Assembly (NCBI RefSeq): GCF_001194135.2
Contig: NC_068985.1
Location: 35,315,844 to 35,350,069, forward strand
Source of the DNA: Octopus bimaculoides
Taxonomy: Eukaryota
DNA length: 34,226 nt
Direction of reading: 5' to 3'
A model generated the notes under the pieces. That model was given only the letters and a program-made list of their open reading frames with translations, ran no database searches and was not told the DNA's origin. The first letter of the stretch is position 1, and each line of letters begins with the position of its first letter. Shown in pieces: positions 11,011-22,439 of the stretch. The translations under genes were made by a program, and so were the position numbers.

Positions 11011-11782
11011 GAAGATGTGATGGAGGGTGACCCCCAAGGTACATGAAGGTGTATATAAGTGACATGGAACCAAAGATTGGATCAGGCAAGTTCATGAGAT
11101 GGTAACAGGAGAGTGGGAGATGGAGGGAAGGACTATTTTGCAAGGGTGTGAAGGAGGAGTGGAAGTGGTGTTTGTAAATCTCAACAACATGGAAAATCTG
11201 AGATAAAATTATTTCCAAATTTACTGCTGTAATTAATGGTAGTCTTGTTTGATATAGAAAATTGTTACTCTTACTTCTCTCACAAGAAATGTTTAATATT
11301 GAATAACATTCCTATATGCATCACTTTTTACTCTTTTCAGGTATTAAACGCAACAAAGAGTAAGTATATAACATTCTTATTTGTTGCTTATTTGAAAGTA
11401 GATAGAAAATTTCTATCAGTTGAACTCAAGTTGTAGGAAGGTAATACAAAATCATATATAGTTCACATGTTAGTTGGCTCTTTATCTGCCTTTTCCAATT
11501 AGTATAATAGAATCTTTGGTATGGTGACAGTAAATCAAAACCTTATATGTGTAAAGTTTTGCAAGTGGATCTTTATGCAAATAAAATACTATTGAAATTG
11601 TGAGGAGATGAAATTTAAAAGTATACACTGTTTGATTATTTACTTAATGCAACTGTATATACTATAGATTTATATACTATAGATTAAATTATTATATTAT
11701 AACTAACACTCCAAAAGTCTGGGAGAATATCTAATTAATCTAGCTAATGGCCTTCCTTCCTATAAGGAAAATATTTTGTTGA

Positions 11783-11788
<6 letters not shown>

Positions 11789-11822
<34 letters not shown>
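11789..11822. repeat. (AT)n microsatellite
   Basis: Direct reading. Confidence 0.95.
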
Positions 11823-11825
<3 letters not shown>

Positions 11826-11964
11826 GTAATGAATTAAAAGCAACTCTAGTGTTGTAAACATTATTGATTGCACATACTCCATGTATGTGTTTTGTTTATT
11901 TGCCAGAATCACTGCAGCATAGCACTTGGAAATAACTCCCTCATAACATTGGTTGTTAAAACAT

Positions 11965-12285
11965 CTAAAGGTCATACACTGAGTCTTCTTCCACCTTAGT
12001 TTTGGCCTGTAGCCTCCCCATATTTAAAGAGTCTGCCATCAGTTGTGAATATGATCTTGATGCTGGTTTTATCATCATTGCAGAAGCATCCAACAGCATG
12101 GCTGAGAACATCATGCTGAACAGCATAGATGCAAGTACACAGCCCTGCTTGACTTCATGAGTGACTGGGAATGTGTCAGAGGAAGAATCTCCATGATCCA
12201 GTACTTGAGCAAGCATGCTGTTGTGAAACTAACACACCATGCTGGTGAATTTGTCCAGGCAGCTGAATCACTGTAGGTGAGGGGA
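11965..12285 (-). mobile_element. RTE/BovB-like LINE RT fragment (a separate copy from 13216-15906)
   Basis: GCLDKFTSMV...FHNSMLAQVLDHGDSSSDTFPVTHEVKQGCVLASMLFSMMFSAML...RLQAKTKV. Redundant with the motif-B region at ~14200, so it is a different copy. Confidence 0.85.
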
Positions 12286-13215
12286 GGTATTAGGNNNNNN
12301 NNNNNNNNNNNNNNNNNNNNNNNNNNNNNNNNNNNNNNNNNNNNNNNNNNNNNNNNNNNNNNNNNNNNNNNNNNNNNNNNNNNNNNNNNNNNNNNNNNNN
12401 NNNNNNNNNNNNNNNNNNNNNNNNNNNNNNNNNNNNNNNNNNNNNNNNNNNNNNNNNNNNNNNNNNNNNNNNNNNNNNNNNNNNNNNNNNNNNNNNNNNN
12501 NNNNNNNNNNNNNNNNNNNNNNNNNNNNNNNNNNNNNNNNNNNNNNNNNNNNNNNNNNNNNNNNNNNNNNNNNNNNNNNNNNNNNNNNNNNNNNNNNNNN
12601 NNNNNNNNNNNNNNNNNNNNNNNNNNNNNNNNNNNNNNNNNNNNNNNNNNNNNNNNNNNNNNNNNNNNNNNNNNNNNNNNNNNNNNNNNNNNNNNNNNNN
12701 NNNNNNNNNNNNNNNNNNNNNNNNNNNNNNNNNNNNNNNNNNNNNNNNNNNNNNNNNNNNNNNNNNNNNNNNNNNNNNNNNNNNNNNNNNNNNNNNNNNN
12801 NNNNNNNNNNNNNNNNNNNNNNNNNNNNNNNNNNNNNNNNNNNNNNNNNNNNNNNNNNNNNNNNNNNNNNNNNNNNNNNNNNNNNNNNNNNNNNNNNNNN
12901 NNNNNNNNNNNNNNNNNNNNNNNNNNNNNNNNNNNNNNNNNNNNNNNNNNNNNNNNNNNNNNNNNNNNNNNNNNNNNNNNNNNNNNNNNNNNNNNNNNNN
13001 NNNNNNNNNNNNNNNNNNNNNNNNNNNNNNNNNNNNNNNNNNNNNNNNNNNNNNNNNNNNNNNNNNNNNNNNNNNNNNNNNNNNNNNNNNNNNNNNNNNN
13101 NNNNNNNNNNNNNNNNNNNNNNNNNNNNNNNNNNNNNNNNNNNNNNNNNNNNNNNNNNNNNNNNNNNNNNNNNNNNNNNNNNNNNNNNNNNNNNNNNNNN
13201 NNNNNNNNNNNNNNN

Positions 13216-15906
13216 TTTCTTCATTCACTATGCTAGCAGTGTACTTTTGAGCAGCATGCTTAAATTCTTCATGCAGAATATATGCTCTATCAAAGGTGTC
13301 AACCCCCACCTTAACCTGCTTCCTCCATCTGTGGTGATGACTGGTGTTGCTCTCCCAGCCAGTCTCCTGCATATCACAGACCTTTAATGAGGACTTGAAA
13401 TAGTCCTTAAATTGCAGTCTTGGTTTCTGCCAAGGTCTCTTTCCTCTAACAAGTTCCCCATATAGCATCTGTTTAGGGAATCTGCTATCCTTCATTCTAA
13501 TAAGGTGTCCAGTCCAATGTAACCAGTGCTTGTGCACCATCACCTCAATACTCAAGATATCAGCTTTCCTCAGGACCTGTGTGTCTGGAATTTTTAAGAT
13601 TAAGTCAACATTCAGAATGTGCCTCAGATATCTTTGATGAAATTTTTCAAGGAACCTTACATGACGTTTGTAAAGAATCCATGTCTCACATGAGTAAAGG
13701 AACAGTGTCCAAATGCACGGTACACAGCCATTTTTGTTTGCCTTGTGATGCAATGCTGGGACCAGACACAAGATTAAAGAGACCAAAAGGAATCAGTTGC
13801 TCTTTGCAGCCTGAAAGATATTTCATCATCCAGGGAGCAAGAACAGCTGAGTGCGCTGCCCAGGTAGACAAACTTGTCTACCACTTTCAGTATTGTTCCT
13901 TCAACCAAGATAGCTGGTTCCACGTATGGATTTCTTAGTGCAGGCTAAAACATTACAACAGGCTTGTCCAGGCTAATGCTGAGTCCAAATGCCTTGCAAG
14001 AAGCAGAAATACAATTCATAAGTATTTGCATGTCATCCACTGTATGAGTGACTAAGTCACAGTCATCTGCATAAAGGAGGAAGCTTTTGAATTGGCAGCA
14101 AATTGACACAGATTAAAGAGGCAGCCAGAAGATTGATAGCTGACATATACTCCCAGAGAGCTAAAAGCATTAGTAAAATCAGCAGCAAAGTACAAAGAAA
14201 AGAGAGTTGGGGCAAGGATGTCACTCTGCTTGACACCATTCTCTACAGGAATGGGTCCTGGCATGCCACCACCAACATTGATCCAAGCCTCCATCCCATC
14301 AGGAAATGATTTAATTATAGATACCAAATGATCGAGACATCCAAGTTTGCCAAGTATTTTCCATAGCAAGGCCCTATTCACAGTATCCAAGGCCTTTGTT
14401 AAAACAATGAATACCTGGATAAGCTCCATATTCTGTTCATAGCACTTCTACTGCATCTGTCTTGCTGGGAAAATCATATCCATTGTCCCTCTACCAGATC
14501 GGAAGCCACATTGAGATTCAGATAGGACATTATTTTCGAGACACCTATTCAGGCGGGTAAGAAGAATATTTGCCAGAACCTTGGCAGTAGTTGATAGTAG
14601 AGCAATAACTCTGTAGTTACCACACATTGTTCTGGATCCTTTTTCTTTATAGAGAGGAAGAATAATTGCATCCTTCCAGTACTTAGGCATTGCACCATCC
14701 CTCCAGACTACACTAATAAGTTTACGAAGGGACTGTATGATGTAATCAGCACCAAATCACAAGACAAGACCTCAGCACAAATTCCATCCCTTCCAGGTGC
14801 CCTACCAATATTCAATTTACCTATTGCTGTCATTGAGGGCGTGGAATTTAAGGAGCCAATGATAGGTCTTTGTTGCATGGTATCAATCACTGTTTCATCC
14901 GCAACTGACTCATGGTTCAGGAGTTCAGAAAAGTGTTCAATCCAGCGACCTGTGATTTCTGTTGATTTAATAAATAGAGTAGAAGACTCCTTTGAGGGCA
15001 AAGGAGCTGATGCAGAACTCTTAGGCCCATAAACTTGCTTCATAACATGGTAAAGCTTCTTGTTATCACCTGCATCAGCAGCAGCCTGAACATCACGAGC
15101 AAGATCCTCCCACCAAGTATTCTACACCTTCCTGAGAGATCGCTGCAGTAGAGATTTTAAACTGCTATAGTGGGCAAGTGCTAGATTTTGCTGCACAGCT
15201 GAAAGTCCTCTGTGCAGCAATACATTGGGGGCTTGGTGCTTTACAACCAATAGTCGCTGAACTTCTGCATCATTTTCTTCAAACCAGTCTCTGTATCTAA
15301 CAGTAGCATATCCCAGTGTTTCAGCTGCATATTGAAGAACGTGGTCTAGAAAATCTTCCCATACTTTAGTATTTTCAATGCTGAACAAGTGAGTCTGAAT
15401 CTCTTTCCTCAACACAACATCATATATCATGTGGACATTCAGATGCTGAGGAATGCCAACTGGCTCTTTTCTCTCTTTCATTCTAATCATCATCCAGAAC
15501 TTTGCTTGCACCAGACTGTGGTCTGTCCAGCATTCTGATCCATGAAAGGATTTGACGCTACAAATGTCATAGATGTCATACTTGTGGATGATGACATAAT
15601 CCAGCAAGTGCCAAACTTTAGACCTTGGATGCATTCACGTGGTTGTGTGATCACCTTTGTGCATAAAATGAGTGCTTGCGATGTAAAATCCATGTTCACT
15701 GCAAAGCTCCAGCAGCATGATACCGTTGCTTTTCATTTTCCCTATGCCAAAACATCCTAGGGAGTTCCATATTTGCCAGTCTGTTCCAACCCTGGCATTG
15801 AAATCCCTCAGTAGAATGACTTTATCAGAATTGGGGATTTTCCTAAGAATTGGGTGGGTGCATAGGCACTTATTAGAGTAGCAAACAGCCCACCTTTCAG
15901 GTGCAA
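13216..15906 (-). mobile_element. RTE/BovB-like LINE, APE-RT-C-terminal region, multiply frameshifted
   Basis: APE: LLRDFNARVG, HPRSKVWHLLDY, TDHSLV. RT: NYRVIALLS, QCGFRSGRGTMDMIF, KALDTVNR, GVKQSDILAPTLF, YADD at 14062-14073, VVDKFVYLG. C-terminus: LYSCETW...WTGHLIRMKDSRFPKQMLYGEL. Confidence 0.9.
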
Positions 15907-17040
15907 NNNNNNNNNNATCATCATCCAGAACTTTGCTTGCACCAGACTGTGGTCTGTCCAGCATTCTGATCCATGAAAGGATTTGACGCTACAAATGTCA
16001 TAGATGTCATACTTGTGGATGATGACATAATCCAGCAAGTGCCAAACTTTAGACCTTGGATGCATTCACGTGGTTGTGTGATCACCTTTGTGCATAAAAT
16101 GAGTGCTTGCGATGTAANNNNNNNNNNNNNNNNNNNNNNNNNNNNNNNNNNNNNNNNNNNNNNNNNNNNNNNNNNNNNNNNNNNNNNNNNNNNNNNNNNN
16201 NNNNNNNNNNNNNNNNNNNNNNNNNNNNNNNNNNNNNNNNNNNNNNNNNNNNNNNNNNNNNNNNNNNNNNNNNNNNNNNNNNNNNNNNNNNNNNNNNNNN
16301 NNNNNNNNNNNNNNNNNNNNNNNNNNNNNNNNNNNNNNNNNNNNNNNNNNNNNNNNNNNNNNNNNNNNNNNNNNNNNNNNNNNNNNNNNNNNNNNNNNNN
16401 NNNNNNNNNNNNNNNNNNNNNNNNNNNNNNNNNNNNNNNNNNNNNNNNNNNNNNNNNNNNNNNNNNNNNNNNNNNNNNNNNNNNNNNNNNNNNNNNNNNN
16501 NNNNNNNNNNNNNNNNNNNNNNNNNNNNNNNNNNNNNNNNNNNNNNNNNNNNNNNNNNNNNNNNNNNNNNNNNNNNNNNNNNNNNNNNNNNNNNNNNNNN
16601 NNNNNNNNNNNNNNNNNNNNNNNNNNNNNNNNNNNNNNNNNNNNNNNNNNNNNNNNNNNNNNNNNNNNNNNNNNNNNNNNNNNNNNNNNNNNNNNNNNNN
16701 NNNNNNNNNNNNNNNNNNNNNNNNNNNNNNNNNNNNNNNNNNNNNNNNNNNNNNNNNNNNNNNNNNNNNNNNNNNNNNNNNNNNNNNNNNNNNNNNNNNN
16801 NNNNNNNNNNNNNNNNNNNNNNNNNNNNNNNNNNNNNNNNNNNNNNNNNNNNNNNNNNNNNNNNNNNNNNNNNNNNNNNNNNNNNNNNNNNNNNNNNNNN
16901 NNNNNNNNNNNNNNNNNNNNNNNNNNNNNNNNNNNNNNNNNNNNNNNNNNNNNNNNNNNNNNNNNNNNNNNNNNNNNNNNNNNNNAAAAACATTCTTTAT
17001 CTAAAAATATCTTTTTTTGTGTACTGCAGATTATTAACCC

Positions 17041-17087
<47 letters not shown>
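17041..17087. repeat. (AAT)n microsatellite
   Basis: Direct reading. Confidence 0.95.
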
Positions 17088-17090
<3 letters not shown>

Positions 17091-17682
17091 CAATAGTAAC
17101 TCCAGCTTCAAATCCCCTTTTTCTGACAATGGGGATTTGAAGCTGGAGGTACATGGTATGATCATCAAGTCAAAAGAGTGCTGGTGTTGGAGAAACGGAG
17201 AAATGCCATAAGAAATGGATAAGAAATGGATAAGAAGCAATAAGAAATGGATAAGCTAGAAAAATAATAAACCAGACTTAAGAATAATAGGTACGGATGG
17301 GCAAAGTTGATTTCTAATCGATCCATCATATCGATTTGATTCCAGCATTGAAAAGAAAGTATGAAAAATTTTTTAAAATACAATCCCTTAAAATTTTAGA
17401 TTGCAAGAATTTGGAGTATGAAAACTGTAAAGGTTTGCCTGTAATAATTTGGAACTCTGAGTAAAGATATAGACAGATGGTTGAAGGAGTAGAATGTTCT
17501 GTAGAGCTTCTATAGAAAGTTTGTCTCTAAGAGACAGGAAATATTATCAGGAAGGTTTTAAGCACTTGAAAGACTATTGGAAGTTTCTGGATACGTTAGG
17601 TTGCAAGTAGTAACCTGCTACCCACATAAATTCTACCAGGAATAAGAACAAGCCTGATTCAACTCAATAATGGTAATAATGA

Positions 17683-17742
<60 letters not shown>
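17683..17742. repeat. (TAG)20 microsatellite
   Basis: Direct reading. Confidence 0.95.
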
Positions 17743-17744
<2 letters not shown>

Positions 17745-17749
17745 AGTCT

Positions 17750-18064
17750 ATACACTACAAAACTATATGCTACAAATGATAAACAGCTGGAAACACTACT
17801 ACAGATAGTACATGGATTTACCAAAGAAATAGATATGAAATTTGGCTTAGAAAAATGTGCTAAAGCAACCTTGAAAAGAGGAAAACNNNNNNNNNNAGCA
17901 ACATCACACTAGATAAAGCCAATGAAATAAGAGAATTAAACCAAAGGTAGACATACAAATATTTAGGAATCAATGAACTAGATACAATACAACACACACA
18001 AATGAAAGAGAAAATAATGAAAGAATACTAAAGACAAGTTAGATCAAGACTGAAAACAGAGCTC
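17750..18064 (+). mobile_element. R4/Dong-like LINE RT fragment (thumb region)
   Basis: KLYATNDKQLETLLQIV...MKFGLEKCAKATLKRGK...TYKYLGINE...MKEKIMKEY*RQVRSRLKTEL. Confidence 0.85.
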
Positions 18065-18070
18065 ATTATT

Positions 18071-19435
18071 AGGAGAGATGAAAATCAAGAGAGGAATCTT
18101 CCTGGGGGACAGTATGTCTCCACTGTTATTCATGCTGGAAATGATCCTCTTGAGTGAAATACTACAGAAAACAAAGTTGGGGTATGATCTGAGAAGAGGT
18201 AAGGGAAAATTGAACTACTTGCTATTGATAGATGACCAGAAGCTATTCACAAAAACTGAGACAAAACTGGACAGCCTGGTTCAGTTTGTGTGGATTTTCT
18301 CCAATGATAGTAAGATGGAGTTTGGACTCTCAAAATGTGCTAAGTTTATGATGAGATGAGGAAAGCTTGCCATATGGCATATGGTTGCCAAGTGGTGAAA
18401 TGATGAAGGCAATTCAACCTCAGTCCAGCTACAAATACCTGGGGATACTTGAGGCAGATAGAATCAAACACCACAACTTGCAGGAAAAGACAAAAAGAGA
18501 GTACCTACAGCAAGTGAGAAAAATATTGGCTTCAAAGCTCAATGCCAGAAACATAATATCAGCAATAAACTCATGTGCAGTCACAGTAATTCAGTAGTGC
18601 ACTGGAATCCTAAAGTGGACAGAGGAGGAGCTAAAGGAGATGGACAGGAAGTTAAGAAAGCTCCAAACAATGCAGGAGTCCATCACATACATGCAGACAC
18701 TGATTGCCTATACATGAGAGCAAAATAGAGGAAGGGGACTGATAAGTGTGGAAGACTCAGTGGCTTAAAGAGATAGCTAGCCCAAAGTAAGGAAACCTTG
18801 CTAGTGACAATTAGGAACAAGGTACCTCTGAGAGCAGAAAAAAATGGAAAACAAAGGAAGTACAAAGATGACATGAAGAAGAATTACACAAGAAGGGACT
18901 ACACAATAAATTCCATGTAGCCAAAACAGATGTTGCTGGAAAAATAGGTGGGATTGGCTGACAAAAGGAACCCTAAAAAAAGAGACCGAGAGCACTAAAC
19001 TGGCAGTGCAGGATGAAGCTCTGGCTACAAACTGGAGAGTCAACTGGAGGAATGAGCAAGTGTCTCTGCTGTGCCACGTCTGCAATAGAGTGGATGAAAC
19101 CATTGCCCATATCACGAATGAATGCCCAAGATTTTCCCAAAACCTCTACAAGTTGTGGTGACACAACCAGGTAGCAAAAGTGCTATTTTGGAAACTGTGT
19201 GATAAGTGGGGGCTAGAGAGAGGCAAGTCATGGTATGCGCACAAACTGCAATGAGCAGCAGAGTCAAGTCGGAGACTAGCAAATTCCTCTGGGATTTCCC
19301 AATCCAAACAGATCAGGTGCTAAAGCATAACAGACCAAACCCAGTGGTGATGGACAAGTTGATGTTGCATGCTTTTTGACCCATGAATATTCAAGAAGGA
19401 AGGTGAAAATATAGATAGATACAAACCTCTTAAGT
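18071..19435 (+). mobile_element. R4/Dong-like LINE fragment (RT, CCHC knuckle, start of RLE), decayed
   Basis: IKRGIFLGDSMSPLLF; LIDDQKLF; FGLSKCA; YKYLG; KLNARNIISAINSCAV; LKKETES...AVQDEAL; CHVCNRVDETIAHITNEC; HNQVAK; HNRPN. Confidence 0.9.
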
Positions 19436-19742
19436 ACGAATGGGCTTGAAAGAGACCTAGCAAAATGCAGCACTAGTTGAACAGCTTAGATTGAGGAATT
19501 TTTAGTTGTAATATATAATTAAAAAGGATACATTAAGTAATAAAAGACTATATAGAGTTTTAAAAGAAACAATTAACCGCATTGTCTCTGGCTCTCCACT
19601 CATCATCAAGGAAGCATACATCTACCGGTATGACAGCATTGGAGCATTCCTATAATGGTAGTTATGCCAGCACCAAAAAATTTCAAAAGAAAAGTTTNNN
19701 NNNNNNNGACTACTGAAAGATGATGATGATGATGATGATGAT

Positions 19743-19990
19743 CATCATCATCATCGTTTAACAGCCGCTTTCCATGCTAGCATGGGTTGGACGATTTGAC
19801 TGAGGACTGGTGAAACCAGATGGCTACACCAGGCTCCAATCTGATTTGGCAGAGTTTCTACAGCTGGATGCCCTTCCTAACGCCAACCACTCAGAGAGTG
19901 TAGTGGGTGCTTTTACATGTCACCCACACGAAGGCCAGTCAGGCGGTACTGGCAATGGCCATGCTCAAAATGGTGTATTTTATGTGCGGA
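19743..19990 (-). mobile_element. Solo 3'-terminal module of the RTE family (SINE-like or short 5'-truncated copy)
   Basis: (CAT)n tail, ccatgctagcatgg at 19772-19785, cagctggatgcccttcctaacgccaaccac; matches 6311-6419. Confidence 0.85.
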
Positions 19991-20004
19991 GGCCTAAAAT
20001 TTGG

Positions 20005-20130
20005 GGGAAGGGGATAGTTGGTTACATTGACCCCAGTATTTCACTGGTACTTAATTTATCAACCCCAAAAGGATGAAAGGCACAGTCAATCTAGACAGAA
20101 TTTGAACACAGAACACAATTTTTCTGCCAA
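20005..20130 (-). mobile_element. Partial tRNA-derived SINE (same family as 9131-9368)
   Basis: Reverse complement reads gttcaaattc...gcctttcatccttttggggttgataaattaagtaccagtgaaatactggggtcaatgtaa. Confidence 0.75.
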
Positions 20131-20789
20131 GGCGAAATTACAAAGTATATAGGAAAAATGATATACGGGGTAAAAAGCAAAAAAGTATTGAAAAAGACAC
20201 AGAAATCAGCTAAAGAGAGTCAAAGAAAATTAAACAGACAGATTGGAAGAACCTATGGAATGGCTATATGACACATTCCAGGTACCAACACTGTTACAGG
20301 TGGTTGAACCCATGTGTACAAGTAGAAGAAAAGGTAGAACACAGAGTTCCTATGAATAAACACCAAAAGGAGAAACTATTATGTTAAAAAAATGCTAAAA
20401 AGTGAGGAGGGGTGAATAAAGTAAAATAGAATTACTTATTTCCCAAAGCAAAAACAACTAAAAGGGGAGATATTGTAGTGAAATGGTACACCCTTTCCCA
20501 CATGGCAAAGTGGTATGAAACAGTCACTATAAAGTCAGATGAGGTCAGTCAGTCAGTGGTAATAGAGTTGTTAAACAAGTTTCTCAGTTGGAGTCAGTGT
20601 CAGTTGCATGATATATATGAGTTGGAGTTAACATCAAGGTAGGTGTTTCAAAGTCATTGTCTTGAGGAGCAATCAGCGATAGCACAATAGATGAGTTAAA
20701 GATAATAAGATGTGGAATACTGCTACAGCATATTAGTGCCAATGAAAACATACAAGTGGACGACTATCCACATTACAACAGTTATACAG

Positions 20790-22084
20790 ACCTAAGCTGA
20801 GTTGAGTGAACCTGATTAAAGGCATCATCATGTGGGCTGAAGATGTGATATGTTACTACACAGGAGTTGTGGAATGGACAGAGGAAGAACTGGTCAGCAT
20901 GGATAGAAAAACTAGGAAGGTTATGGCTATGCATTGATGCCTTCATACTAGAAGTGACATAGTGATGCTTTATTTACCTAGGAAGGAAGTTGGAAGAGGA
21001 CTGGCTGGAATAGAGTATNNNNNNNNNNNNNNNNNNNNNNNNNNNNNNNNNNNNNNNNNNNNNNNNNNNNNNNNNNNNNNNNNNNNNNNNNNNNNNNNNN
21101 NNNNNNNNNNNNNNNNNNNNNNNNNNNNNNNNNNNNNNNNNNNNNNNNNNNNNNNNNNNNNNNNNNNNNNNNNNNNNNNNNNNNNNNNNNNNNNNNNNNN
21201 NNNNNNNNNNNNNNNNNNNNNNNNNNNNNNNNNNNNNNNNNNNNNNNNNNNNNNNNNNNNNNNNNNNNNNNNNNNNNNNNNNNNNNNNTCAACTGGGGAG
21301 AAAAAATCTTACACAGAGAGTTTTTCCTACAAACATTGGATGATACTGATGAAGAATCCTGTAGATGATTAAGACATGGTTTTGCTAAAGAAGGGATCAG
21401 AAAGTCTGATTCTTTATGCTCAAGAATAAGCTTTATCAAACAACTCAACCAAGCATATTATTGATAAGACAGCAGTCCTTTGTGTAGATTATGCAAAAAA
21501 TCATCTAAGACAATTAGGCATATAATTAGTAGATACTTAAAACTGGCCCATGACAAAGTAGCAGTGTGAATACACAGGTAATTGTGCAAGAAGTGTGGGC
21601 TACAATGTTCCAGCATTATGAACACCAACCTTTGCCAGTTGCAGAGAATGATCAGATGAAATTCATATGGAATATACCAATATACACAGACAAAACGGTG
21701 TAACGTAACTGACCAGATATCACTCTCCTACAGAAGAAGTTCAAACAATGGAGCTTCATTGGTGTAAATATACCTACAGACCAGAGTATTGTGAAGACAA
21801 GGGACAAGAAAGATGGGAAGTACCAAGATCGAGCATTGGACATGAAATAAATCCATAGAGTCTCAAAAATGAATGTGGTACTTGTTGAGATCAGTGCACT
21901 TGACACGATCTCAAATAATGCACTATTCTAACATCAAAAGCTGCAAATACAATCTTCATAGGAAGTATTTCATTGGCAACAATACTTGGAACAGCTCATG
22001 AGTTGAGAAAAGTGTTGCATCTCGAAGCTGTGGGATGTAAGTGAGACGTGACATCAATAAATCAGGAGATGATAAGTGAATAAA

Positions 22085-22119
<35 letters not shown>
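20790..22119 (+). mobile_element. R4/Dong-like LINE 3' portion with (AAT)n tail, spanning gap 21019-21288
   Basis: WTEEELVSMDRKTRKVM...HTRSDIVMLYLPRKEVGRGL; CRLCKKSSKTIRHIIS; WNIPIYTDK...PDI; ILGTAHELRKVL. (AAT)n at 22087-22119. Confidence 0.85.
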
Positions 22120-22206
22120 TGACAGGATACTAACTATAGAAATGAAAGAGAAAATTAAAAAGGAGTACATCAGAAGGGTAAGGAAGCCAATGAAGTCAAA
22201 GCTAAA
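22120..22206 (+). mobile_element. 5' edge of another R4/Dong-like fragment
   Basis: MKEKIKKEYIRRVRKPMKSKL, homologous to the MKEK..KEY..RVR segment at ~18000; runs into gap 22207-22306. Confidence 0.7.
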
Positions 22207-22439
22207 NNNNNNNNNNNNNNNNNNNNNNNNNNNNNNNNNNNNNNNNNNNNNNNNNNNNNNNNNNNNNNNNNNNNNNNNNNNNNNNNNNNNNNNNNNNNNN
22301 NNNNNNGTAGATTTCCAAGATGTAGCACCCCGCAGATCATCACAGATCCTCCTCCATGTTTAACAGTTCAAAGCAGGCAGTTTGGGTCAAATGCTTCTTT
22401 GAGTTGTCTCTACACATATACTCAGCCAGTGGTCGGAAA

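Noticed and set aside
15486-16117. Apparent internal tandem duplication of 201 bp in the RTE endonuclease
   Set aside because: The second copy is identical and isolated between two N gaps, so it is most likely a misplaced contig.
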